Assembly (NCBI GenBank): GCA_043228905.1
Contig: JBHGNT010000001.1
Span: forward strand, 17,174,001-17,238,000
Length of the DNA: 64,000 nucleotides
Origin: Azolla caroliniana
Taxonomy: Eukaryota > Plantae > Polypodiophyta
Direction: 5' to 3'
Each line of letters begins with the position of its first letter. Positions within the stretch are counted from its first letter, which is position 1. The notes below the pieces were generated by a model. It searched no databases and was not told where the DNA came from. It saw nothing but the letters and a program-made list of their open reading frames with translations. Positions 45,767 to 58,700 of the stretch are shown in pieces. The position numbers were made by a program, and so were the translations under genes.

Positions 45767-48700
45767 ATGGCAGAGACGGACTTGTTCGCACAGTTCCAAC
45801 ATTCTGCTCGCTCCGCAGTTTCCATTCAATCCTCTGTTCTTCGATCAATCCTCTCGCATAACGCCAATTGTCAATACCTCCTCCACCATGGTCTCGCTGG
45901 ACGCACCGATCCTCCCTCGTTCAGAGCTGTTCTTCCTGTCGTCGAGTATGAGGACATATATCCTTTCATTCAGAAGCTTACTTCTGATGATGATGATGAT
46001 GATGATGGTGATGATGATGGTGATGGAGAACATTCATCTCCCATCTTGTGCGCTGACACTATCGATAGGTTCACCCTGAGGTGATCTTTTCTTTGCTCCT
46101 CATTTTTCCTTTCTTTTTGTTAGAAGCCATAGCCTATACTTCGACTTCTTCATCTTAAGATGATACGCTCTTCATTATTCCCTCCCCTTATTTTTTGTTT
46201 CTTGCTAAAAACGTCTTGAATATGACCACATCAGAAAACTGTAACACGAGAATTCAACTGCTGTCTCATTTTATGGTAGAGTTCCATCCTTTCGTTCTTT
46301 CTCCTTTTTTTTCTTGCTAGAGTGTTTTTATTCTCCTCTTTTCTCCCGGTTTAAAAATATCAATCCAATAGCCTAGCCTAAGTTTGTACAAGGAAACCAT
46401 GTGACAATATGTGTATGTGAATATCTCGCTTGCTTGTTGTAAGAGTCTGTGTTTTCCTGGTAACGCATCATACGGATATAGTGTAAAGCATCATACAGAG
46501 AACATATTCTTAATGCAATAAAAAAGATTTAGAGGTCAAAGAACAACGGTCAAGTAGTCTTCTAATTGCTTGTGTATAAAACTGTTGGTGTGATTTCTCT
46601 CTGCAGTTCAGGTACTTCCAGTGGTAAGCAGAAAATGATTCCTTCTACCAAAGAGTTGAGAACATTATTTTCAAATACTTTCCTCCTTAGCAGTGCGATT
46701 GTGATCAGGTTAAATTTCTTCATTTATTGTCTGGATTATTATGTGGAAAACTCCAATGCAAGAATGGCAAAATTCTGTTGAGTTCTCCCCCCCCCCCCCC
46801 CCCCCCCCCCCACCCACCTTTTCTCCGTATGCACNNNNNNNNNNNNNNNNNNNNNNNNNNNNNNNNNNNNNNNNNNNNNNNNNNNNNNNNNNNNNNNNNN
46901 NNNNNNNNNNNNNNNNNNNNNNNNNNNNNNNNNNACGCATCATACGGATATAGTGTAAAGCATCATACAGAGAACATATTCTTAATGCAATAAAAAAGAT
47001 TTAGAGGTCAAAGAACAACGGTCAAGTAGTCTTCTAATTGCTTGTGTATAAAACTGTTGGTGTGATTTCTCTCTGCAGTTCAGGTACTTCCAGTGGTAAG
47101 CAGAAAATGATTCCTTCTACCAAAGAGTTGAGAACATTATTTTCAAATACTTTCCTCCTTAGCAATGCGATTGTGATCAGGTTAAATTTCTTCATTTATT
47201 GTCTGGATTATTATGTGGAAAACTCCAATGCAAGAATGGCAAAATTCTGTTGAGTTCTCCCCCCCCCACCCACCTTTTCTCCGTATGCGCTTGGTCAACC
47301 CCCTTTTTCTCAATTAATTTGTGCTATTTAATCATTCGTGTGGTCAATCCATCCTCTTCTGTCAACCATGTGTGCTATTTGAGCAATCATAATCATGTTG
47401 TTGATTTGTCCCCTGTTCCTCTCCTTCAGGTAAGAGGAATTCTAAACAGGTTCACTTCACTTTCACTTCAATGTACATGTATTTCCTTACTTGATTATGT
47501 ACAACACCAAGGGAAAATATATAAATACCTCTGATGTCTTCTTTATTTCCCCCATTGCACCTGATTGTCCCTAGTCATTCTGTGAAAGAGAGACAAAAAG
47601 AACCGATCAACATCATTGCTCAAATAGCAGACATGATTGAGGATCAGTGAATGAATCGATGATATAACTGCTCAAACATCATGATTGAGAAATTGGGGGC
47701 TGGGGGGATAAATGAGGGTCTCTGGGAAATACCAAATGCTCAGGGGTATTTGGGGAAATAATGAAAACAATCCAGGGTATGTATTTCAAAGTTAAAGTCA
47801 ATATTGCTTTTATTATGTAACACGATATTATGTCTCTCTAAAAACCAATAGGTGACATTTGCATTAATGGCATAGAATCTTTCAGTGAGTTTCCAATTGA
47901 AGATGCGGTCAAGACTCTCAACTTTGTCTATGCTGGGAAGGTTTTCACGACCAAAAGAGGGATCAAATTTGGAGCTGCAAGCGCTCTGTTTTTGAGAGAT
48001 GAAAATCTTTTAGAGAACTGGCATAACTGGACAAGCCCAATGGGTGTAGTTCTTGGGCCGAATGTACGAGAATCCATGTATTGTCATCTCCTTTGTGGAT
48101 TGATTCAAGCAGAAGAGGTTAGAGTTATATCATCGATTTTTGCTTATGGGATAACAGAGGCATTTCGGTTGTTAGAAGAGGTATGGGAGGAGCTATGCAT
48201 CGATATACAGTCAGGCACCCTTAGTAAGTCTCGGGTGACTGATGCATCTGTTCGTGAGGCTGTGGAAACACGTCTTTGGCCAAATCCTCAGCTTTCTCAA
48301 AAAGTCAGAGCTGAGTGTGAGAAAGGGTGGTTTGGTATTATCAAACGATTGTGGCCAAATGTGAAATGTATTCTTACAATTTTGACTGGATCCATGGAAC
48401 CTTATGTTCCATACTTGAAAAACTATGCCGGGGAAATACCACTTGTTTCTGGTGATTATGGCTCATCTGAATGCATGACTGGTATAAATTTGAACCCTAA
48501 GTCATCATATGATCAAGTCTCTTTTACACTGCTGCCATATACAGCATACTTTGAATTTCTGCCAATAAAACAGAATGGAGGGGATGAGTCACCAGTTGAT
48601 ATTACAGGTGTTCAAATCGGTGAAGAATATGAAATTATTGTGACCACTATTGCAGGTAAATGGTGGTAAATTATTACAACTTTATCTATGATACCTTTTT

Positions 48701-49800
48701 CCTTGTTTAGGTAAATGTTCTAAAAATACCCCTAAATTTTTTCTTAATTCTCCAAACACCCTTGATCATCAACCCCGGAAAGGACACATATAATTGTTCT
48801 TTCGAGGGGGCTCCAAATTCTGAAAACTGCTATAAAAGAAGGATTGATAAAGGACATTTGGAGAAATAACAATAAAACATAGGGCCATTTAGGGAAATAT
48901 GAAAGAACATTAAGAAAAAGGTGTTATGATACATTTGGCAACATCAACATTGACGGGGAAAAGGGTGCTTTTATTTACAAAAATGTGGGTCAAATTCTTT
49001 CCAACTTTTCGGTTGCAGGCCAATATTGTACCATAATTTTTTATATTACTTACTGTATGAAAAGAAGGACCTCCTGATTAGCATAGAAATTTTCCCTGAC
49101 TTTGCATGAAATACTCACTCAGCATTTCTTTCTTCATGAGCATATTCTTAGTTTTTTTTCCTCCAGAACTTACTCTTAGTACTTTGTTCTCATTCTAAAT
49201 TTTTGTTACCTCGATTGAAAAGCACATCTGAAGTGTTTCACTTCTTGTTAAGGTCTTTATCGATATCGGATTGGTGATGTTATCCGGATAACTGGATTTT
49301 ACCACGAATTACCTCAGTTTTCTTTTGTGATGCGAAGGAATGTCTTGTTTAGTTTGAACACAGACAAAACCGATGAAAGAGAGTTTTTAGAAGTCAATAA
49401 TCAAGCATCCAAGATCTTGGATGAAGCAAACATGAAGTTAGCTGACTTTTGTGGTTATGCTGACCATTCTTCTAGGCCAGGGCATTATGCTATCTTTTGG
49501 GAGCTTAGTGATGTTGCTTCTATTGAGGATTCGATATTGGTTCGATGTTGTAGGAATATAGATCTTTCATTCAACAATCCTTACCAACGAGGCAGGGCAT
49601 CTGGAACCATTGGTCCACTTAGGCTTTACATTGTAAAGAAAGGAACCTTCCAAAATATCATGCTTCATGCCATCGAATCTGGAGCATCTCCTTCACAGTA
49701 CAAGACACCTAGGTGTGTTAAGTCGCCAGAGCTCTTGAGGATTCTCAAGGACTCAGTAGTTCATCTGTACATCAACTCAGGACATGAGAATGTAAATTGA
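45767..49800 (+). CDS. GH3: GH3 family acyl-acid amido synthetase (group I/JAR1-like motifs), 4 exons, about 577 aa
   Basis: Exons 45767-46080, 47079-47180 (duplicate at 46607-46708), 47886-48655 and 49253-49800 join in frame with GT-AG introns; motifs SSGTSSGKQK, DYGSSE, YRIGD, QYKTPRC. Confidence 0.93.
46835..46934. other. Assembly gap (about 100 N) flanked by a duplicated segment of about 360 bp
   Basis: About 46464-46833 is repeated at 46935-47288, ending at a poly-C run. Confidence 0.95.
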
Positions 49801-50760
49801 TACTCATGTTAATTGACAATGAGCGATTTGGTTGTCATTGTTTCTCTCACATCATGAGCAGATTAATCCCTCCACAACTTTCTCTCCTGCAATCAATGTG
49901 GTCTCTCTGAACATTTTGGAGCTTGAAAGATTCCCTGACTTGAATATATTGTGCATTTTTTTATTTTGAAAGTAAAGCCTGTTTTTTTTGGTAAACATGG
50001 ATTTAAAGTAACTAAGTTACAAGCACCACACTCACTCTACGTGAAATGTTTCTTCTGTCTCAATAAAAATCATATACTTAATGATTATAAAGTCCAACTG
50101 CCTATCCCCCCTTGTGAAGATTGTAGGTTGTTTTGTGACTCATAAGATAGATGGTAGTTTCTCTCTAGGAAATGGAATACTGGTTTTGCAGGTGATTATT
50201 ATTTTATGACTTCACACAATAATGTGGTGCAGAAATAGAGGCGACATAAGACCAGAATACAGACAGCATCACAAAGTTTGTAGCTTGATATGGAGCCTCT
50301 TCATGTATGGTTGTAAGTTGCCTAGTGTAAATTGTGAATGCTAGAAATGGTCACAATTACCTTTGCTTGTAGATGTGCTAAAGTCAATCAATATGCTTTA
50401 CACAACAACTACATATAGACTCCCATGGATTGATTATGTTAGCTGCATTAGAGTTTGATATGGGGGCCCCATGATATTTCTTTTAGATCATGCATACTTT
50501 TGCATTGATAAAAGTCTGAGATTCTGATGTAAAGGTATTTACGTATAATCATGGATATCGCAGACAGTTCTGTGTTTTTCTCAGAGTGCCACTAGTGGGT
50601 CAGTCGCCCAGAAATAGTGTGTGAAAGAGAAACGTAGGTAGGTAGGTGTCACAAATAAATGAACCCAATGGGGAGGGGCTGCTACTGTGATTGCCGTTAT
50701 AACACGGAAAGAATCCAAAGCAAAAAGAAAGGGCGGGATGGTCGGTCAGTTGTTGGTTAA

Positions 50761-50930
50761 ACAGACAGACAGACAGACAGACAGACAGAGAATCGTAGGG
50801 TCACAAAGTAAATTAACAAATTTAATCCAAAGTCCGTTACTTCCCAACTTAACTTGCTCCAATTCCTTCCTTCCTCCCTCCCTCCCTCCCTCATACGTAC
50901 CTACGTACGTGCGTATTATGTATTATGTAT

Positions 50931-50961
<31 letters not shown>

Positions 50962-51225
50962 TCTTCTGCATACAATATATGTAATAATGTATGTAAAAAG
51001 AAGACGGTAAGTTATGAATGGGAATCGGGATGGATGGATGGATTGGATGGAGGTGAGGTGAAACTAGAGAGAGAGAGAGAGAGAGAAGTGAAGTGGTTCA
51101 CATGAACCAACGCCTGCCTGCCTGCCGGTGGTTAACACACACACACACACAGAGACTTCAAATTTTCAAACATGATTATTATTATTCCCTTCCTTCCTTC
51201 CATACATTTAATGCGCACCTCCATC

Positions 51226-51269
<44 letters not shown>

Positions 51270-51490
51270 TGTGAGAGTCGTAACGAATCTCTCACGGTTC
51301 CCTTCTCCGCCTTCAAGGCCCTTATGCGCCTCTCTCCTCCTCCTCCTCCTCATCATCATCATCTCATGGAGTCAATCCCAATCCCAATCCCAATCCCAAT
51401 CCCAATCCCGCCTCCTCTGCCCTAAAATTCCTCTTTTCTTCTTCTTCTTCCTCATCACCATCATTGAAGAAGAAGAAGAAGAGGAGGAGG
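50761..51490. repeat. Microsatellite cluster upstream of and in the 5' UTR of the MYB gene
   Basis: (CAGA)n, (TA)n, (GA)n, (CA)n, (CT)n, (AATCCC)n and (GAA)n runs. Confidence 0.9.
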
Positions 51491-51492
51491 CT

Positions 51493-54400
51493 ATGGCAGC
51501 TCCATTTGGCCTTCAATTCACCAATGATCCTCCATTTGTCAATCGGCCCCACAATTCCTTCACAACCCAAATCGTTGACGAATCCACAGGTTGGCCCATC
51601 AGTGATCAGATCTCAATTGATAGCAATCATGAATGCAGAGAAGACCAATACACGGAAGCTAATTATGAAGAAGAATCAAGCACTGGGACTAAGAGCACAA
51701 TCAGCGAAGATATGACCATAATCAGTTACAGCAATCTGGGAGGTTTTATCAAACAGAAATTTGGCAACCAAAACAGTAAGCATCATAATTGCCCTAGAGG
51801 CCATTGGAGGCCATCAGAAGATGATAAACTTAGAGAGATCGTTGCAGAGTACGGGCCTCAAAATTGGAACTTGATTGCAGAGAAGCTTCAAGGAAGATCA
51901 GGTTCTCTTTTCTCCACCCACACACGAAAAGAACGCACTGCCACAACTACACAACTTTTAGCATCATAAACATGTTTATAAGAATCTCTGTATGTTTATA
52001 ACATTGGTTTTAGGGTTATAACCAAATATCTTATTACATGCATATATATATATATATATATATATATACACTCATGCACACATCCACCTATCTGTAGCTA
52101 TACATACATACATACATACATGCACATGGTTTTCAGCGTTATAAGACGATATATCTTATGCATATAACACATGCCTATACCCCACATACATATACTGTAT
52201 ACATGTGTGCATTGTGTTGAACATGGCACATGCACTAACAGGGATGTTTGGATACATCTCGTTGGTATAATATATGAGAGAGATACAGGGTCTTTTTCAT
52301 GGATGGGAGGGAGCATGTACATATACATCTCCAAAGTAAGAGATGTGTTTGGTCAGTCGGTCAGGACTCAGTATTTTAGAGATATGTATGTATGTATGTA
52401 TGTATGTATAGGTCCCCATCCACTAGTGACAAGGATAATATATATATATATATATATATAGGATGATGGCAATGTCACATGTGGGTGGTTGGCCCACATG
52501 ATGATGATATTCTACATACATACATACTTACTGCATCCCTCTCCTCCATTCACCTACTCTTTAATTTCTGCATTTCCTAATTTGTACATTACTATTTACA
52601 AAGAGAGGGATATCCCAATGTTGTCATATTAGAAGCTTGAGGAATCATTATCGTCTCTCTCTCTATCTAAAGGCTTGCAAAAGTATGAAGGAAGCGAGCG
52701 TTACTAGAGGATGACTATCACTTGCTTTTGACATGCTCCTCCATATACTGCAATCCATGAAAGCTATGAGGATATATATTAAAAGGGGGTGCTGACTTGG
52801 AGTGTCACACTAAACTAAAGAGAACACCTAGAAGGTTGAGCTCATATGTATATGCCTTATTCACACATGGAGACTTGGTGCTTCAAGTGTATGAATATCC
52901 GATATTCTTAGGAAGGAGACACATTAAGAAACATTTTGTACTTAGGTCCCATGGGTCAATATTGGTCTCTCTATGGGTGCTAAAAATATCTATCAATCAT
53001 CTATCTATAATATATATCCATATACCCCCTTGGTGGATTGGAGCTTGTAGCTCGAAGATCGGAGTATAGATCAAAAGAATATTAATCCCAAGGCATTGAT
53101 TTAGAAAGCTGATGAGAGAGGCTCTAGGAGATGTATTTGTCCACCTTGTCACAAAATAGATTTTGCCACACCTAGTTATTCTACATCTAGTTACTCTATG
53201 TTGTAAACCTAGATGCCATAACATACACATGTTTATTTTTCTACTGATGCCTGAAATGCTGAAATGCCCATGATTTTACACTGACCTTACAAATCACATA
53301 GAAAGATTAAAGTTATCCAAAACAAAACAAACCTTTCTTAACTTGTTTCCATTCAATTCATAATACTCACACAATCTCCATTTTTGCACGAAATTGCCGA
53401 TAACTTAATATCGAGCTTTCATTTGCAATGAAGATGCACATTAGTTTGAAGGACAAGAATGGAACTTAGTGCCACATAATCTACAATCAATACTACATTG
53501 CTAGAGAAATTACATAGAGAAATCAAAATTAGAGCTCCTCCCAATTATAATGTGTTGGAAAACTTACTTTCTTTGACACTATTTTACACCTAGAAATATG
53601 TGTGTGACATGGAAGGCATTATTTCTAAATTTATGTTGTCATTAATGTTTATTTTTGCAAATATGGAAGTTGATTGTTGTTATGGGCATTGGGTATGACA
53701 CAAACTTAAGGAAATATCAAATTCCTACAATGTCACGATAATCTTTTTTTCAAATTACATGTCCAAAATTTGGTTGATTAAATTAAAAGAGAATAATCAT
53801 GTTATAAGTTACCAATAAATTAGTGCTAAAAGTGAGGTATAGTTTGCATTATGAAACGACTCGATTGGATGAATTTGATCATGCTTCCTCTTAGGTTTTT
53901 GTTCAAGAGTTGGATTTTCCTTGTTATCGCTCAATCTCAAAGTTAAGACTCTAGATTTTGACTTGGGGCACTCAATTAACAGTAGGGACATTAGGGATAA
54001 ATAATTTAAAAGATGGACACTTATTTCACCAAACAAAGCGACACTTTACAACTAAGTTACCGTCTCTTTGTTTACTTACACATTTCACTTATTCATATCA
54101 ATGGGCTCATAAATTATGGGATTTGTTTCCTTCAATCAAACTAAGTTGCCATCTCTTTGTTTACTTCAATCAAACTAAGTTATCATCTCTTTGTTTACTT
54201 ACACGTTTCACTTGTTCATATCGATGGGCTCATAAATTATGCATCCACATAAATTATGGGATTTGTTTAAATGTAGGCAAAAGTTGTAGGTTGAGATGGT
54301 TCAACCAATTAGATCCAAGAATTAACAGAAGACCCTTCACGGAGGAGGAAGAGGAGAGGCTATTGGGGGCACATAGTTTCCATGGTAACAAATGGGCTAC

Positions 54401-55163
54401 AATCGCCAGACTCTTCCCCGGAAGAACCGACAATGCTGTAAAAAACCATTGGCATGTCATTATGGCTAGAAAATTGCGAGACAAGTCTAGAACACCCATA
54501 TCATCCACACAAAAATGCTTCTCCATCAATCACCAATCATCAACTACAGGTTGTGTTAGTCAACTTGGAGGTAACATCCCTATAACTGTACTATTAGGTC
54601 CTTCAAGGTATAATTATATGACATGTCTAATATACAGGCTGGAAATTACATGTCATTATATATATTTAACATAGCAAAACTTAATTGGCTCGTAGCTAAA
54701 CTCTTCACAAAGCTAGGCATATTGACTACATTTTGCATAATATTTTATTAAGAGTGCAATCAACATGCTCAACACTGCTACAATCAAATCAACTTGTTTG
54801 AGAAAACTTACATCTCAATAGTTGTGAAAATGAATCAGTAGATTGAAAGAATGTAAATAATATCGCAAAGATATATTATTTCCAGGTACTCTCATGTTGA
54901 CAACGAAGAACAAAGGAATGTTTGATATGGAAAGGGATCAATACTACAATGACAAACCTGACGAAAACAATCATGACCCCAGCAAAACAAGAGTTGAAAT
55001 AACTTCAAACCCTAGGTCGGTACAACCCAGTCACACCCGACCATGTGTACCTTTAAGCTTCCATGTAGCAATCCCACACACATTGAATACATCTCGAATC
55101 CATTCTAAGCAAGAACAAAATCATCAACCAAACTTTATAGATTTTTTAGGTGTTGGCCTCTAA
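51493..55163 (+). CDS. R2R3-MYB transcription factor, subgroup 21-like (AtMYB52/54/105/117 type), 3 exons, about 326 aa
   Basis: Exons 51493-51901, 54277-54570 and 54886-55163 join in frame; RGHWRPSED...GRSG|[13 protein letters not shown]...[11 protein letters not shown]; C-terminal FIDFLGVG motif. The start codon is the most plausible ATG. Confidence 0.92.
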
Positions 55164-55789
55164 AATATGTTCGACGCAAAGAAGTACAACATTTCTACAT
55201 TTGAAGTACATCACTAGCTTTTTATTATTTTATGATGCCATTTTGAGATTACTTTAGCTTTGAGGAGATCCTAGGCATCCATCCCCCTTACACTCCAAAA
55301 CTCAACCTTGCATAGAAATGATGTTGACCATATATTGTTCCCGAGTAAACGAGCAAGAAGTTCTGATGGCTTCTGAAATAGATTAATATGCAGTCACAAT
55401 ATGGAAATAAATTAAATAATGTGCTTACATACAGAACATATCATTTTAATTCATAGGAAGTTGTAAAGTGCTAGACAAAAAACAAGCATAAGGCGTACAC
55501 ATCAAACAAACATATGCAAAGCCCATCTGTGGAAGTTATTTATATATATACCGAACCGTTCTTTTTAAATATATAATATCCCTCAAAAAAGATGGCCCTG
55601 GCTGTATCCTAACCCAACCTTACACCAGTATTCTAACTTGTCTTCCTCCCAAGATTTTTTTTCTCCAACACAGTTGTCATATCCCAAAATTTTCACATGT
55701 ACAGAGCATTGTGTAGTCCAGTTTATATATCTAGAAACACTAGTACAGATGATTTCACCGTTGTATACTTGCAAGAATCCACTAAACAA

Positions 55790-58700
55790 TCAAAATTGAT
55801 CAAGCGTCTCTGTGGACAAAAGCATTTGACAGACACCAGAGAACACTCTCATTAGATCTGCAAGTAAAGGAAAGATGTATTAGAAATGCCTTTGAGTTGA
55901 TTGATGCCAGACATCTCTTAGCATTGTTAAAGCACATAATATCCAAATTGTAGGCTCGTAGTATAAGGCAAAAGGTTTCAATATTTTCAAATTCAATACA
56001 AATATATATAGTATGACAGACTCAAAAGTTTCACTCAATTCAAATCCATTATGAGAATATAAAATACCTGCTGACAGTACGAAGTTTGACACCATCCAAA
56101 TGCAATATTAACATATAATATGCGGATACTACCATTGTACATATATTTTAATCCTCACAATAACCTCAGAAAAATAGTAATGTACCTTGGAATCGTATTC
56201 TGGATGGAGGTGGAACACAAATCGCTGCATCTAAAAATCGTTTCTTGTCAGAATCTAACTTAAAACCAAGCTTCCCCGGGAAGTCAGGTGCACTAAGAGT
56301 AGAAACAATTGCTGCCTCCGCAACAGCATGGTAACTCACACAGAACCCATAAAGGACATCAGACAGAGCCTCTTTTAACGACTCCACTACTCCACTCACA
56401 GAAAGCCTCCGCAGTATTCCCTGTTAGAAAAAAAACAGTTCAGATAATTATCAGTAAGAATGTGGAAAACGCTGAAATAGCTTAGTTTCTTCATTCCCAT
56501 ATTCGTTATTTCACCAATTACCATTGGCCAACCTCAGAAAAAGGTCAGTTCATCCCTCTTTTTAAATATTCAAGCAAATATACGGTCACTTTCCCATAGA
56601 ACAAGGTCAATTCGTTCCTTGTTTCTGTCTTTGAGGAGTTTGCCTATTAGCTAAGGGCATTTGGAATAATAAAATATAAAAAATGCATGGGCATTATGGA
56701 AAATAAAAGAAAAATTCATGAGTGTTTAGTGTTTCACTAGTTAATATGGTTGGTGCCTCCAAAAAATTAACTAGCTACTTTTAAATGGAGCAGAGAATAG
56801 TCAAATGAATACCTCTACAACCAGCTTTCCATAGTAAGTGGCTAAATGATCCAAATGACACCGAAGTTCAGGAAGGATTTTCCAACCCCTCTTATCTCTA
56901 TTTGTGCTGCCTGTTGTTGAAGGCCCAACAACAGAGTCGAACAAAAAGTAAGCAGCAGCCAAAGCCACATCTGGATCTTTTCGATTGAGAGATCCTGTAC
57001 AAATGAGTTTCATTTAAGAATGGAAAAAATCCTGCATTTGAATTTGAATTAATCCAAAAGGAACACATGTGAGGTTCTGACCTATTGCTGACAAGAACAA
57101 TTGTGTAAAAGCATCAGATGGCAATAGCACACCAGGAAAATACAGAAGAAAGCTTTGGCCCAACTCATACATCTTTGATAAACTGTTCCCTATGTCAATA
57201 TCAGGTAAATCGTCTTGCATAACTGGTAAATCGGACTTACTAAATATATTGGCTTTTTGTTCTATCTCGTTCATCACCTTATCTAAACCTTCCAGCATGC
57301 TCGTAACATCAAACAACATCGAGGCCAAACATTTCTCTAATTCAGGGGTAGGCTTCAATGCAACAAGAGCAGTTACCTGTTATATAAACCACAATGTGAC
57401 TTAATCCCTCTTCTTCCACTCTCTTTCTCTCACTCTCTTGATCCATCTTAAGCTCTCTTACCCTAAACTTTTAGTAGTGGTGAAAGCTTAAGTTGAACTA
57501 ACACATCATCAAACTAGTTTTTCAGCTACTAGAGGCCAAGGAAGCTTATAAGAACTAAAGAACTCTGCATACTTTTGATAAGCAAGCTAAGGGGGCTGCA
57601 ACCCTGTGAAACTTAAACATAGAAGATGCTGCTGCAATAATTCCAGGTAGGACTTCTGAAATAGATATCCCCACTTTATTTGCAACTGAACCCCACAAGT
57701 TACATAATGCTGTAGCCACAATTCCATCAGCGGCCCATGTAATTGTTAGAGACTCTAAATATGGCCATATTTCCTGTAACATGTGCAATGCTGGATGCAC
57801 ATGCCGCCCCTCCCCAAACCCATATTCCACAACACCGGCAATAACATTCAACGCAGACTCTAATATAGAAGCCATTTGATCTCTGTCCCCCTCCTGCATC
57901 AATATATAAGAGTTATGATCATTTGTAAGGAATAAATATCAACAAAACAACAAATTTTGAAATCACCCAAATCTTTCTTTATTTCTCCTAATGCCCCCAA
58001 GTTTTTATTTAAGGTCCAATGCTGACAAAGGCATTTGGAGAAATAAACAAAAACTAAAGGGTATTTCAGAAGTTTTTCTTTATTTAAATGCATCCCCAAG
58101 TTTCACTGCATTGAACGAGGAATTCTGGGGAATTAACAAAAACTAAGGGCAGGCAGGGAAATAACGAGAACTGGAGTATTTCAGAGTTTTTTGTCCTGTT
58201 ATAATTGGCACCTTTGCATTAGCTATTTCTTTGATGGTTGAAATAGATCCTAGGGTCACCCGAGCCAAACCCCTCTCTGCCTCCTCAAGTGGAAGTGCTC
58301 CAATAACAGATGCAAGACCCTGAACAACTGCTACTTGAACCAGCATTTCTTGTTCTTTAGGCAACTGTGTAGGAACACATAAAGCAGCTTCACAATTTCC
58401 TATTAATGTATCTATAGGCCATGTGGCAATCAGCAATGGAACCGACGCATTACAGAGTTCTTTTAAAGCATATGCTGCTTCATATCGAACTGTTGCAGTA
58501 CAAATATGCTTTTTTATTAGTAAATAATAACGCCACATAACGGTACCTAATGGACAATTTAATGAATGTATTTCCACTTCAACTCACCTGCACTAGCAGA
58601 GAAACTGTTGAGCACAAACTGAATTGAGTGTTGAGCCAGACTTTGATCTGATGCAATCCATTCTGCATAATTTTTAAGCAAAACCACAGCCATCTCCTGA

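Noticed and set aside
50761-50790. (TGTC)n on the minus strand as a natural DR5-like auxin response array near GH3/MYB
   Set aside because: Indistinguishable from the many simple repeats in this SSR-rich genome, and it lies downstream of GH3.
51172-51492. N-terminal extension of the MYB ORF
   Set aside because: Translation of microsatellites (SLSLSL, SQSQSQ) without a credible ATG; more likely 5' UTR.
53958-54276. Upstream part of the 238-aa ORF before the MYB exon 2
   Set aside because: Intronic sequence with a local duplication of about 55 bp; the acceptor at 54276 gives the canonical [11 protein letters not shown] junction.
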